DNA from: an uncultured delta proteobacterium
Lineage (GTDB): Bacteria > Desulfobacterota > Desulfobacteria > Desulfobacterales > JAFDCJ01
DNA: 64,000 nucleotides
NCBI GenBank assembly: GCA_963769935.1
Contig: CAVYNY010000007.1
Location: 1-64,000, forward strand
Reading direction: 5' to 3'
This document shows positions 41,296-51,438 of this stretch, piece by piece. The position numbers and the translations under genes are program-made. Each line of letters begins with the position of its first letter. Positions within the stretch are counted from its first letter, which is position 1. Under the pieces are notes generated by a model that saw only the letters and a list, made by a program, of their open reading frames with translations, did not search any database and was not told the origin of the DNA.

Positions 41296-41610
41296 ATGGA
41301 AAGAAAAAAACGCAAAGCCAACTTCGTCCATATCGGCCGCCTCATCGACGATGTTTTAAAAACCTACCGCCGTGAATCCGACAGTGAACTCATCCAGGTC
41401 TGGCAGGTTTGGGATGGCGCTGTCGGGGATGTAATCGCTCAAAATGCCAAACCGGCTGCCTTTAAGGGCAGGATATTACTGGTGCATGTGACAAGTTCAA
41501 CCTGGGTTCATCAGCTTCAGTTTTTAAAAAAAGAGATGATTGCAAAATTGGACCAAGCCTTGGGAAAATCGCTGATTGATGACCTTAAATTTAAAATCGG
41601 ACCGCTTTAA
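41296..41610 (+). CDS. DciA/DUF721 family protein
   Basis: W...VG..IA.NA.P......L.V.V.SSTW..QL.F.K pattern. Confidence 0.8.
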   Translation: MERKKRKANFVHIGRLIDDVLKTYRRESDSELIQVWQVWDGAVGDVIAQNAKPAAFKGRILLVHVTSSTWVHQLQFLKKEMIAKLDQALGKSLIDDLKFKIGPL

Positions 41611-41613
41611 GAA

Positions 41614-41751
41614 CATTGAAGATTTAAGATTGAAGATTGAATATTTGTGGTATCCTATCTTTATTATATGGGCATTTTTGCCGGTAATACCGGCGGAGAC
41701 GAAAAAATAATGGACAGTATTCCTTTAATCTTCAATCTTCAATATTCAATG
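41614..41751. repeat. Hairpin element with inverted ATTGAAG heptamer arms
   Basis: CATTGAAGATTTAAGATTGAAGATTGAATATTTG...AATCTTCAATCTTCAATATTCAATG. 22 nt are identical to 60178-60199. Confidence 0.85.
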
Positions 41752-42468
41752 CATATAACCACCGACACTTTTTTTGACGGTTCAATTCAGGTAATGCAAA
41801 GCCGGACCGGGTATCGCTTTTCAATTGATTCCGTCTTGCTGGCATTTCATGCCGGTCCGCGATCCGGTGATAAAGTTCTGGATTTAGGTGCCGGCTGCGG
41901 TATTCTCTCTCTGATCCTGGCTGTTCGCGCACCGGATATCAGAATTTTTGCGGTTGAATTGCAGTCGGAGCTGGCCGGCCTGGCTGAGGCCAATGTCCAA
42001 CGAAATCAGCTGGAGGATCGTATTCAAGTGATGTGTAAGGATATGAGATTGCTGAAACCGAAAATGACCGTTGGCCCGGTTGATTTAATTGTGTGCAATC
42101 CGCCTTATCGCAGGCCCGGTTCCGGTAGAATAAACCCGGCTGAACAACGTGCGGTCGCTCGTCATGAAATAAAAGTCACATTGAATGAAATCCTCGAGAC
42201 TGCTCGCCGGATGCTGCGAACGGGGGGGCGGTTTGTAACGATTTATACGGTCGAGCGGACAACCGACATCTTATTCGGGATGCGAAGTGAACATATTGAA
42301 CCGAAATTCATGCGATTGATTCACTCCACTCAGGATACAGAGGCCAAGCTGGTTCTCATCGAAGGTGTCAAGGACGGAAGACCGGGACTCAAAGTCGCGC
42401 CTGCTCTGATCCTTTACGATAATAACGGTGACTATACGAAGGAAGTGAAGCCGATGTTTGCGCCCTGA
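41749..42468 (+). CDS. tRNA1(Val) (adenine37-N6)-methyltransferase family
   Basis: Q...GYRFSIDSVLL, LDLGAGCG, CNPPY and ARHE motifs. Start could also be 41710. Confidence 0.85.
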   Translation: MHITTDTFFDGSIQVMQSRTGYRFSIDSVLLAFHAGPRSGDKVLDLGAGCGILSLILAVRAPDIRIFAVELQSELAGLAEANVQRNQLEDRIQVMCKDMRLLKPKMTVGPVDLIVCNPPYRRPGSGRINPAEQRAVARHEIKVTLNEILETARRMLRTGGRFVTIYTVERTTDILFGMRSEHIEPKFMRLIHSTQDTEAKLVLIEGVKDGRPGLKVAPALILYDNNGDYTKEVKPMFAP

Positions 42469-42605
42469 AAAATATATTTGCAATTCAGGCGGGCAGGTCT
42501 TAAAATAATCTGCTGGATCAGTGAGCCGGCTGCCAGATGATCGTTGACAGCTTGCGGCAAAAAGTATATTGAGACCTACTTAATTTTGATTTATTGGTTC
42601 AACCC

Positions 42606-42695
42606 GGAGAGGTGGCTGAGTGGTTGAAAGCGGCGGTCTCGAAAACCGTTGGGGGTTCGCGCCCTCCGCAGGTTCGAATCCTGTCCTCTCCGCCA
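42606..42695 (+). tRNA. tRNA-Ser(CGA)
   Basis: GGAGAGGTGGCTGAGTGG...GCGGT-CT-CGA-AA-ACCGT, long variable arm, GTTCGAATC and CCA. Confidence 0.97.
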
Positions 42696-42716
42696 TCTTT
42701 GATTTATCCGATATGC

Positions 42717-42810
42717 GGAGAGATGTCCGAGCTGGCTGAAGGAGCACGACTGGAAATCGTGTGTACTGCCAAAAGCGGTACCGAGGGTTCGAATCCCTCT
42801 CTCTCCGCCA
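42717..42810 (+). tRNA. tRNA-Ser(GGA)
   Basis: GGAGAGATGTCCGAG...CACGA-CT-GGA-AA-TCGTG, long variable arm, GTTCGAATC and CCA. Confidence 0.97.
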
Positions 42811-42819
42811 TCAGCAAAA

Positions 42820-43069
42820 TAAATGCCAAAAGTGATCTAAAGTGCCTAAAATGCCTAAAATTAATGTATTCTGTCCATTTAATGATAGATTGTCTAAATT
42901 CTGGCCCGGACCTTGATTAAAAGCATCCTAATCCAATGTTGGCATTTCGTATTTATAGATCGAAGTTTAGCTATTCAGAGGCGAGTCGCGCCAGTGCGAG
43001 TCTCAACTCAATTTAGTTTACTTTAGTTTACTTTAGGCAATTTAGGCATTTTTAATTTTAGGCACTTTA
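42820..43069. repeat. Hairpin element with inverted TGCCTAAAA nonamer arms
   Basis: AAGTGCCTAAAATGCCTAAAATT...TTTAGGCAATTTAGGCATTTTTAATTTTAGGCACTTT, ending just before the dnaX ATG. Confidence 0.8.
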
Positions 43070-43071
43070 TT

Positions 43072-44751
43072 ATGTCCTATCTTGTTCTCGCACGCAAGTA
43101 TCGCCCGCAAACCTTTGAACAGGTTGTTGAACAGGCACACATCACCCGAACATTGACCAACGCGATTTCGACGGGGCGCGTGGCCCATGCCATATTGTTC
43201 TCCGGACCTCGCGGCACCGGTAAAACAACCGTGGCCCGCATCCTGGCCAAAGCAATGAACTGCAAGGAAGGCCCGACGCCCGAACCATGCAATGTTTGCC
43301 GATCCTGTGCAGAGATCACCGCAGGGCATGCGGTTGACGTCTTTGAGATTGACGGCGCGTCCAACAACAGTGTCGACCAAATCCGGGAGTTGCGGGAAAA
43401 TATCAAATATATGCCTGCCCACAGTGCCTTTAAAATCTATATTATCGATGAAGTCCATATGCTCAGCACGGCTGCCTTCAACGCTTTGCTCAAGACCCTT
43501 GAAGAACCGCCCTCCCATGTCATGTTCATGTTTGCCACTACCGAACCGCACAAGATTCCGATTACAATTCTTTCCCGTTGCCAACGACATGATTTTAGAC
43601 GCATCAGCCTGGCGTCCATTTCCAATCACATGGCTTGGATTTGCGCCCAGGAAGGCTTTGAGAGCAGCGAACAAAGTCTTGGGCTGATTGCCCGGGAGGC
43701 CGGCGGGAGCCTGCGGGATGCCTTGAGCTTGCTTGACCAGATCATGGCGAGCGCCCAGGGAAAAATGACCCACGAACAGGTGCTTGACATTCTTGGAGTT
43801 ATCGACCGTAAGATGATATATGATCTTGCGACAGCGATTTTAGCTGCCGATATCCCGGCCGTTCTCGATCTTTTGGATGACATTTATGATCGTGGCCATG
43901 ATATGAAGAAGCTTTACGCGGATCTACTGGAACATTTCAGAAATCTGCTGGTTGCCGCCATAGGCCAGAAAGTTGACAAGCTGGTGGATCTTCCAGCCGG
44001 TGAAATTGAGCAATTAATGCAACAGGCCGGGCAGGTTTCGCATGGTGCCTTGAACCAGATTTTTGATTTGCTGTTCAGAGAAGAGCTTAACGTCAGACTT
44101 TCACCTCAGCCGAAGTTGGCCCTGGAGATGGCTCTGATCAGGTTGCTGCATGTCAAACCGGCGCTGCCGATAGATGTTTTAATCGATAAACTCGATGACC
44201 TCCGGCAGAGGATCCTGCCTTCCTCGCAACGGCCGGAGATCGCCGAGCGCCCAGCGATGGAATCCAACCCTGATGAAGATCTTTCCGGCCACTCCCGGAT
44301 GCTGCCGTCCTCAGGTGAATCAAAAAAAGAACCAATGCGGACCGACGCCGCAGCCGTCCCCCCGCTATCCGGGCCGGCTGAAACTCCGGTCGAGATTTGG
44401 CGGCACATTTTAGAACTCATCGCCCGCCATAGTCCGTCCCTGGCTGCCAACCTGTCCAAATGTCAAATCAAAGCAATCGCGGACCAAACCATTGAAATCG
44501 AGGTTCCCGGCAACGGCTTTACCTTAAATATGATTCAGCGTGAAAAAAATATGGCGGTGTTAACGAAAATCTGCGAGGACATCTTGGGCCGCCGCCATGA
44601 GATCCAATTTACGGCCAACAGCACTCTGGAAGATAATACGCGTAAAAAAAAAACGGCTAATCGACTGAAACAAAAAGCCATCAGTCATCCCCTGGTGGCT
44701 GATGCCATTGAGATTTTTAACGGCAAAGTGATCGATGTGAAAATATTGTAG
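43072..44751 (+). CDS. dnaX: DNA polymerase III subunit gamma/tau
   Basis: [24 protein letters not shown] and SRC motifs. Confidence 0.97.
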   Translation: MSYLVLARKYRPQTFEQVVEQAHITRTLTNAISTGRVAHAILFSGPRGTGKTTVARILAKAMNCKEGPTPEPCNVCRSCAEITAGHAVDVFEIDGASNNSVDQIRELRENIKYMPAHSAFKIYIIDEVHMLSTAAFNALLKTLEEPPSHVMFMFATTEPHKIPITILSRCQRHDFRRISLASISNHMAWICAQEGFESSEQSLGLIAREAGGSLRDALSLLDQIMASAQGKMTHEQVLDILGVIDRKMIYDLATAILAADIPAVLDLLDDIYDRGHDMKKLYADLLEHFRNLLVAAIGQKVDKLVDLPAGEIEQLMQQAGQVSHGALNQIFDLLFREELNVRLSPQPKLALEMALIRLLHVKPALPIDVLIDKLDDLRQRILPSSQRPEIAERPAMESNPDEDLSGHSRMLPSSGESKKEPMRTDAAAVPPLSGPAETPVEIWRHILELIARHSPSLAANLSKCQIKAIADQTIEIEVPGNGFTLNMIQREKNMAVLTKICEDILGRRHEIQFTANSTLEDNTRKKKTANRLKQKAISHPLVADAIEIFNGKVIDVKIL

Positions 44752-44776
44752 GCACTTTTTTATTGGAGGTATGTAT

Positions 44777-45088
44777 ATGAAAGGAATGGCCAACATGATG
44801 AAGCAGGCTCAGAAGCTTCAAGCCCAGATGCTGAGACTGCAGGAAGAATTGGCAGAAAAAACTGTGGAATCCAGCTCCGGCGGCGGCATGGTGACGGTCG
44901 TCGCCAACGGTCGACAGCAGATCGTATCGATTAAGATAGAACGTGAGGTGGTTGATCCGGAAGACGTCGAGATGCTCCAGGATCTGATTCAGGCTGCCGT
45001 CAATGACGCTCTGGCTAAGGCCCAGGAGATGGTAAGCTCTGAAATGGGAAAACTGACAGGCGGTCTGAATATACCGGGTTTAACGTAG
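44777..45088 (+). CDS. ybaB: YbaB/EbfC nucleoid-associated protein
   Basis: [16 protein letters not shown] and [18 protein letters not shown]. Start could be 44771. Confidence 0.93.
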   Translation: MKGMANMMKQAQKLQAQMLRLQEELAEKTVESSSGGGMVTVVANGRQQIVSIKIEREVVDPEDVEMLQDLIQAAVNDALAKAQEMVSSEMGKLTGGLNIPGLT

Positions 45089-45228
45089 GCGGGGTGCGCG
45101 TTGCGAGTTGCGGGGACCAACGGATTAACGAATGATCCGCCGAAGGCGGATCGAATGAAGGAATTCTACTGTTTTAAATAGACAGAGTACCCTAATTTTC
45201 AGGCATTTTCAAATTTAGGCATTTATCC
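45089..45228. repeat. Chimeric repeat element between ybaB and recR
   Basis: GTTGCG heptamers, CGAATGA units with nested palindrome GATCCGCCGAAGGCGGATC, core AAGGAATTCT...GACAGAGTACCCT, and right arm TCAGGCATTT..TTTAGGCATTT. Confidence 0.7.
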
Positions 45229-45828
45229 ATGAGCTACTATCCGGCTTCAATACAGAATCTGATAAAAAATATCGCCAAACTTCCGGGCATTGGAGAAAAA
45301 ACGGCCGAGCGTCTGGCTATGCATATCCTGCGGGGTTCCCGGCAGGAAGCCGAACGGCTGGCGCACAGTATTCTGAATGTCAAAGACAAAGTGAAATTCT
45401 GCAGCACATGTTTTGCCTTAAGCGATGATGATATCTGCAGTATGTGCAGTGATCCGGCCAGGGATTCGACTTTTGTGTGCGTTGTGGAACAGCCGGCGGA
45501 CATGGTGGCCGTCGAAAGATCCGGAGCATTTCGAGGGAAGTATCACATTCTTTCCGGTGCCCTTTCTCCCATGAACGGCGTCGGTCCCGAGGATATCAGA
45601 ATCCGGGAGCTGCTGGCCAGAATCGAAAAGGATCAGGTAAAAGAGATTGTGCTGGCCACCAGTACCAACGTCGAGGGAGAGGCCACCGCATCTTATATGG
45701 CACAGGTCCTGGCAAAATATCCGGTTAAAATCACCCGCATCGCTTCCGGGGTTCCCATGGGGGGAGATCTCAAGTATGTGGACCAGGTCACCTTGAAAAA
45801 AGCCCTGGAGACCCGTCATGCCCTCTGA
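45229..45828 (+). CDS. recR: Recombination mediator RecR
   Basis: LPGIGEKTAERLA, a C4 zinc finger and Toprim (NVEGEATA). Confidence 0.97.
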   Translation: MSYYPASIQNLIKNIAKLPGIGEKTAERLAMHILRGSRQEAERLAHSILNVKDKVKFCSTCFALSDDDICSMCSDPARDSTFVCVVEQPADMVAVERSGAFRGKYHILSGALSPMNGVGPEDIRIRELLARIEKDQVKEIVLATSTNVEGEATASYMAQVLAKYPVKITRIASGVPMGGDLKYVDQVTLKKALETRHAL

Positions 45829-46228
45829 CATGATTAAACCGCAAACGTTCTTTAAATGCCTCAAATGCGGCGATTGCTGCAAAGGATATGGCGGCACCCA
45901 TGTGACCGATCAAGATATTGAGGCCATCGCCGGGTTTATCGGCTCAGACCCCGGACGCTTTGTCGACCGGTATTGCACATTCTCGGGCAACAGGCCTATG
46001 CTGGCTCAGGGAAAAAACGGCTACTGCATTTTTTGGGATGGACTCTGCCGCATTCATGCGGTTAAACCCCTGATGTGCCGCAAGTGGCCGTTTATAGACA
46101 GCCTGCTGGTTGATTTGGATAACTGGCTGATAATGGCCGATTCATGCCCCGGAATTCGGACGGATGTCTCCGCTGATTTGCTTGGAAAATATTTAAAGCA
46201 GATAGTCTTGCATGATAGGAATATTTGA
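45818..46228 (+). CDS. YkgJ-family cysteine-cluster protein
   Basis: FKCLKCGDCC...CIF..GLCRIHAVKPLMCRKWPF...CPG. Confidence 0.85.
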   Translation: MPSDMIKPQTFFKCLKCGDCCKGYGGTHVTDQDIEAIAGFIGSDPGRFVDRYCTFSGNRPMLAQGKNGYCIFWDGLCRIHAVKPLMCRKWPFIDSLLVDLDNWLIMADSCPGIRTDVSADLLGKYLKQIVLHDRNI

Positions 46229-46997
46229 CTCAGGTATCGGCGGCCTCACCGTCGTCAATGCTTTAAGGCAGCATCTTTCCGACTACGATTTAATCTACTT
46301 CGGTGACACCGCCCGTGCCCCGTACGGCAGTAAAAGCGCGGCGACCGTCCTGCAAAATGTAATCAACAAGGTGGAATTCCTGAGAGACTGCGGTGCCGGG
46401 ATTATCATTATTGCCTGCCAGACTTCAGCCGGCGTGGCCTGCGAACACCTTCGGCGCAAGTTTGATATTCCGGTTTTTGAAGTCATTTCTCCTGCCGTCA
46501 AATTTGCACTCCAGATCACGCTTCACGGCCGACTGGGAATCATTGGCACACGGACTACCATTGCCGGCGGTCTGTATACAAGCAAGATCGGCGAATTGAA
46601 TGCAGCGGCCAAGGTGTTTTCGGTGGCCTGCCCGCTGCTGGTCTCTTTGGCCGAAGAAGGCTGGCTCAAGCAACCGGTTACATCGATGATTGTAAAAAAA
46701 TATTTGTATCCCCTGAAAGTGAAGCAAATCGACACGCTCATTCTGGGCTGCAATTACTTCCCGCTTTTCAAGCGCATCATTCAGGCAAAAATCGGCCGGC
46801 GGGTTCAGGTGGTCGACCCATCGTTGACCCTGGCCGAGAGCCTGGTGCAGTATCTGCAGGAAAATGCCGCAATCCGCGGTCGGCTGACAAGAAATCAAAG
46901 CCTGCGGCTGATGGTGTCCGATCGCACCGATCAGATTGAAAAATCAGCTCAAATGATTTTGCAGCAGAAAATACCGGTGGAGCAAATTGTCGGCTGA
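46212..46997 (+). CDS. murI: Glutamate racemase-like protein
   Basis: IGIFDSGIGGLTV and YFGDTARAPYG. Both catalytic Cys are present, but in ACQT and GCNY contexts. Confidence 0.8.
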   Translation: MIGIFDSGIGGLTVVNALRQHLSDYDLIYFGDTARAPYGSKSAATVLQNVINKVEFLRDCGAGIIIIACQTSAGVACEHLRRKFDIPVFEVISPAVKFALQITLHGRLGIIGTRTTIAGGLYTSKIGELNAAAKVFSVACPLLVSLAEEGWLKQPVTSMIVKKYLYPLKVKQIDTLILGCNYFPLFKRIIQAKIGRRVQVVDPSLTLAESLVQYLQENAAIRGRLTRNQSLRLMVSDRTDQIEKSAQMILQQKIPVEQIVG

Positions 46998-47031
46998 TCC
47001 CTAACCGGGTTAGACCGGAAAAATAGCTGAA

Positions 47032-48306
47032 ATGTCTAATATGACCGACGAGGACAAAACCAAAGAGCAGCTAATCGCGCAGGTGGCTGGAATGCAGCAG
47101 CGGATTGAGCAATTGGAAGCCCGGCATCGGCGCGACGCTCAGGTGCTGCGCGAAAACCAGCAGCAGCTTCACCAGGCCCAGAAGATGGAGACATTGGGGA
47201 CGCTGGTCGCGGGGCTGGCCCATGAAATCAATAACCCGATTAACCTGATCATGTACAACCTACCGCTTTTGCAAAAAATCTGGTCGGATTTCCTGCCGAT
47301 TATGCTGGAACGCAAGCAATCAGAACCGGAGCGTAAATTCGGTGGTTTTGACTATGACTTTTTAGCGGACAATCTGCTCCAACTCGTTGCCGATATGGAA
47401 ATGGCGGCCAATCGTGTTGCCAAGACGGTATCCGATTTAAAAAATTATTCCCGGCAGTCCAATGTGGCCGAGAAGGTGCCTTTGCAAATCAACCAGGCTG
47501 TGAGGAACGCCCTGCGGCTGGCCAAGACCACCTTCCGTAAATCGTCGGTTCACATCCGGCTGAATCTGACGGATGATCTTCCCGATATCGATGGTAATCT
47601 GCAAAGCATCGAGCAGATTATTTTAAATATTCTTATAAACGCCGTCCAGGCTATTGATCACGATCGGGGCGAGATCGAAATTGCCACCGGCTTCCAGGTC
47701 AAAGACGGCCGGGTTTTTATCAATATCAAGGACAACGGCCGGGGTATTTCACCATCGATCGCCGATAAGATTTTTCTCCCGTTTGTAACGGACAAGCAGT
47801 CCGAAGGGGGCACCGGTCTTGGACTTTCCGTTACCTATTCTCTCGTAAAAGCCCATGAAGGCGAGATCGGCTTTGAATCGCGTGCCGGCCGCGGAGCGTC
47901 ATTTACGGTATATTTGCCCACTCGGTTGAAGCGCGATGCAGCCAGGATTCTGGTGGTGGATGATGATCATGCAATTCGCGGGATGATTATCGAGGCACTG
48001 TCCATGGAGCGTCAGTACCTGGTGGAAGAGGCATCCAACGGCATTGAAGCCTCGATCAAGCTTGGTACCTATCGGCCGGATCTTCTCATATTGGACATAT
48101 TCATGCCCGAAATGGACGGCGTTGAGGTATGTCGCATTATCCGCGGCGAACCTCAACTCTCGGATATGAAAGTTATTATTACCACGGGACATCCGGAGCA
48201 TCCCAAGCTGGACGAGGTGGTCGAGTTGGGTTTCACCAATATATTTGCCAAGCCTTTTGACCTGCTGCAATTTCTTCAGAATATAAAGAAGATACTCGCG
48301 GGGTAG
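47032..48306 (+). CDS. Cytoplasmic hybrid histidine kinase/response regulator
   Basis: AHEINNP H-box, NAVQA, DNGRGI, GTGLGL and a C-terminal REC (LVVDDD, LDIFMP, KPF). Confidence 0.9.
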   Translation: MSNMTDEDKTKEQLIAQVAGMQQRIEQLEARHRRDAQVLRENQQQLHQAQKMETLGTLVAGLAHEINNPINLIMYNLPLLQKIWSDFLPIMLERKQSEPERKFGGFDYDFLADNLLQLVADMEMAANRVAKTVSDLKNYSRQSNVAEKVPLQINQAVRNALRLAKTTFRKSSVHIRLNLTDDLPDIDGNLQSIEQIILNILINAVQAIDHDRGEIEIATGFQVKDGRVFINIKDNGRGISPSIADKIFLPFVTDKQSEGGTGLGLSVTYSLVKAHEGEIGFESRAGRGASFTVYLPTRLKRDAARILVVDDDHAIRGMIIEALSMERQYLVEEASNGIEASIKLGTYRPDLLILDIFMPEMDGVEVCRIIRGEPQLSDMKVIITTGHPEHPKLDEVVELGFTNIFAKPFDLLQFLQNIKKILAG

Positions 48307-48327
48307 GATATCGGAAACGCAGGCCTG

Positions 48328-48748
48328 TTTATTCTAAGATTGAAACCCTGGTCCTCTGGGCAGGGTCCGAGAAGTTTTGTTGTGCCGTAAAGGTATGCGA
48401 TGCGGTATTGGAATAGTGGAATGTTGGCCCGCCCTGGCGCGACTCTTTTCTAAGTTGTTGGATCTAGTGCAATGATTAAATATTTTAGCCGAGCAGACTT
48501 TCTATGAGATCGGTCTGGGCCAGGGAATACTGGGTTTGGTGGAATGAGATCTATTTTTCCAGAGATGGCACTTAGCAGGAAATAAAATCAGACTATAATC
48601 CACTTTTCAGCCCCAATATTCCATTATTCTCTCCGATCCGTAGGCTCTAAGAGCCGGAGGCCAGTATTCCATCATTTCATGGGTTATCTGGCGGCAAACA
48701 CCACCCTTTTGGGTGAAGTCAAAGCCTGACCTTCTGAGCCATGATTTT
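48328..48748 (+). repeat. Composite intergenic repeat, copy B
   Basis: Collinear with 22619-22940. Block 48627-48663 matches 22843-22879 at 36/37 nt. Confidence 0.8.
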
Positions 48749-49516
48749 CTACTGTCCTTCATTTGAAATGAAACTTGCCTTGAAAAATTCGCGATTCATC
48801 CGGGCAATGTTGATGATGGAAATTTCCTTGGGGCATTCGGCCTCACACTCTCTTTCATTGGTACAGTTGCCGAACCCCAGTTCATCCATCATACGCAGCA
48901 TTGCCAGCGCGCGCTTCGCGGCTTCCGGCCGTCCCTGGGGCAGCAGGGCCAGGTGGGAAATCTTGGCCCCCGTAAACAGCATGGCCGCGGCATTCGGACA
49001 GGCCGCAACGCAGGCGCCGCAACCGATGCAGGCGGCGGCATCCATGGCTTTTTCAGCTGCCTGTTGCGGCACCGCAATGGCGTTGGCATCCGGTGCGCCG
49101 CCGGTATTGACCGAAATGAATCCGCCGGCTTGGATAATCGTATCAAAGGCCGAGCGATCCACCGCCAGGTCCTTGATGATCGGAAACGCCTTGGCGCGCC
49201 AGGGTTCAATAACGATGGTGTCGCCATCCGAGAAGTGCCGCATATGCAGCTGGCACAGGGTCGTTCCTTTTTCCGGGCCGTGCGGCCGCCCGTTAATCAC
49301 CGCACCGCACATTCCACAGATGCCTTCGCGGCAGTCATGGTCAAAGGCGATGGGTTCCCGGCCTTCCAAGGTCAGTTTTTCATTGATAACGTCAAGCATC
49401 TCAAGAAACGACATGTCGGTTGAAATATCCTCGGCGGTGTAGGATTCGAGACGGCCCCTAACTCGGGACCCCTGTTGGCGCCATATTTTCAATGTTAAGC
49501 TGATCGTGGTTGTCAC
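48749..49516 (-). CDS. sdhB: Succinate dehydrogenase/fumarate reductase iron-sulfur subunit
   Basis: [23 protein letters not shown] and [14 protein letters not shown]. Confidence 0.93.
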   Translation of the reverse strand: MTTTISLTLKIWRQQGSRVRGRLESYTAEDISTDMSFLEMLDVINEKLTLEGREPIAFDHDCREGICGMCGAVINGRPHGPEKGTTLCQLHMRHFSDGDTIVIEPWRAKAFPIIKDLAVDRSAFDTIIQAGGFISVNTGGAPDANAIAVPQQAAEKAMDAAACIGCGACVAACPNAAAMLFTGAKISHLALLPQGRPEAAKRALAMLRMMDELGFGNCTNERECEAECPKEISIINIARMNREFFKASFISNEGQ

Positions 49517-51426
49517 TTGTAACTCCTTTGCGTCAGTTCGACATTTTCAAAAACCAGAGGCTCCTTGTGAAATCGAGGCGGATTGTCGTCGCCCGCGAAT
49601 TCCCAGGCTGCAGCGTGGCAGAAATTTTCGTCATCGCGTCGGGCTTCATTTTCCTCGGTTTGAAAAGCCTCGTTAAAATGGCCGCCGCAGGATTCCTGGC
49701 GGGCCAGGGCATCAATGAGCATCAATTCGCCGAATTCCAGAAAATCCGCCACCCTGCCTGCCCGCTCGAGGCTTTGGTTGAAATCTTTTTCGGTTCCCGG
49801 CACCTTGACATTTTCCCAGAATTCGGCCCGTAATGACTGAATGAGGCCGCGGGCCTTTGCCAACCCTTCATTATTGCGGGCCATGCCGCAGTGCTCCCAC
49901 AAAATCAACCCCAACTTTCGGTGGAAGTCGTCCACCGTGCGGTTGCCGTCTACGGCCAGAAGGGTGTTCAACCGGGAGCGCACGTGTTGTTCGGATTCTT
50001 TGAAAGCCGGATGGTCGGTGTTAATTTCCGGCAAATTCGTGCCTGTCAGATATCCGCCAATCGTGTAAGGCAGAATGAAGTAGCCGTCCGCCAGACCCTG
50101 CATGAGGGCACTGGCACCCAGGCGATTGGCCCCATGATCTGAAAAGTTGGCCTCCCCCAGGACAAAGAGCCCGTCAACGGTGCTCATCAGGTTGTAGTCC
50201 ACCCATAAGCCTCCCATGGTATAGTGAACGGCAGGATAGATCATCATCGGGGTCCGGTAGGGGTCCTGACCGGTGATCTTTTCATACATCTGGAAAAGAT
50301 TGCCGTATTTCTTTTCAATGACGGCTCTGGTATCCCGCTTGATGGCATCTGCAAAATCGAGACAGACCGCCAGGCCTGTTCCGCCCACCCCTTTGCCCAT
50401 ATCACACTGTTCCTTGGCATTGCGTGAGGCCACATCGCGCGGCACCAGATTGCCGAAGCTCGGATACTTTTCTTCCAGAAAATAACTTCTCTGCGACTCC
50501 GGTATCTGGGAGGGGGGTCTTTTATCGCCGGGATCTTTGGGCACCCACACCCGGCCGTCATTGCGCAGGCTTTCGCTCATCAGCGTCAATTTAGACTGAT
50601 AGGTGCCGTGCACCGGAATACAGGTGGGATGAATCTGCGTAAAGCATGGATTTGCGAAATAAGCGCCTTTTTTATAGGCTCTGAAAGCGGCGGTCACATT
50701 GGAAGCCATGGCATTGGTCGAAAGGAAAAACACGTTGCCATAGCCGCCGGTGCAGAGAACCACCGCGTGGGCATCGTGGCGTTCGATATCACCGGTGATC
50801 AGATTGCGCACCACAATCCCCCGCGCCTGACCGTCGACAACGACCAGGTCCAGCATTTCACGGCGGTTGAAAAGCTTTACTTTACCGGCCGCCGTCTGGC
50901 GGGATAAGGCACTGTATGCTCCCAACAGCAGTTGCTGCCCGGTTTGCCCCCGGGCATAAAATGTTCTTGAAACCTGAGCGCCGCCAAATGACCGGTTGGC
51001 CAGTAGTCCGCCGTAATCCCTTGCAAATGGAATACCCTGGGCAACGCAATGGTCGATAATCAGGTTGCTGATCTGCGCCAGGCGGTATACATTGGCTTCT
51101 CTGGCCCTGAAATCACCGCCTTTGACGGTGTCGTAAAACAGGCGCCAGATGCTGTCACCGTCGTTGGGATAATTTTTGGCGGCATTAATACCGCCCTGGG
51201 CCGCAATGCTATGCGCGCGGCGGGGACTGTCCTGGATGCAAAAGGTTTTGACCGTATAGCCCAGTTCAGCCAGGGCCGCCGAAGCGGAACCGCCGGCCAA
51301 ACCGGTGCCGACCACGATAATTTCAAACTTTCTCTTGTTGGCCGGATTGACTAACTTCAATTCGAAACGGTGCCTGTCCCATTTTTGTGTCAGGGGACCT
51401 CCGGGGATTTTGGCATCAAGGGTCAT
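49513..51426 (-). CDS. sdhA: Succinate dehydrogenase/fumarate reductase flavoprotein subunit
   Basis: [32 protein letters not shown] and HGANRLGAS. Confidence 0.95.
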   Translation of the reverse strand: MTLDAKIPGGPLTQKWDRHRFELKLVNPANKRKFEIIVVGTGLAGGSASAALAELGYTVKTFCIQDSPRRAHSIAAQGGINAAKNYPNDGDSIWRLFYDTVKGGDFRAREANVYRLAQISNLIIDHCVAQGIPFARDYGGLLANRSFGGAQVSRTFYARGQTGQQLLLGAYSALSRQTAAGKVKLFNRREMLDLVVVDGQARGIVVRNLITGDIERHDAHAVVLCTGGYGNVFFLSTNAMASNVTAAFRAYKKGAYFANPCFTQIHPTCIPVHGTYQSKLTLMSESLRNDGRVWVPKDPGDKRPPSQIPESQRSYFLEEKYPSFGNLVPRDVASRNAKEQCDMGKGVGGTGLAVCLDFADAIKRDTRAVIEKKYGNLFQMYEKITGQDPYRTPMMIYPAVHYTMGGLWVDYNLMSTVDGLFVLGEANFSDHGANRLGASALMQGLADGYFILPYTIGGYLTGTNLPEINTDHPAFKESEQHVRSRLNTLLAVDGNRTVDDFHRKLGLILWEHCGMARNNEGLAKARGLIQSLRAEFWENVKVPGTEKDFNQSLERAGRVADFLEFGELMLIDALARQESCGGHFNEAFQTEENEARRDDENFCHAAAWEFAGDDNPPRFHKEPLVFENVELTQRSYK

Positions 51427-51438
51427 GGTATGTCCTTT

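Noticed and set aside
42594..42920. Track ORFs over tRNA genes or repeats (also 6633-6875, 22616-22840, 53132-53350, 59276-59458)
   Set aside because: They are translations of tRNAs or tandem arrays, not credible proteins.
42811..43071. SRP RNA (ffs), often found before dnaX
   Set aside because: No CAGG..CCGGAAGG.AGCAG domain IV motif was seen. The space is filled by the repeat element.
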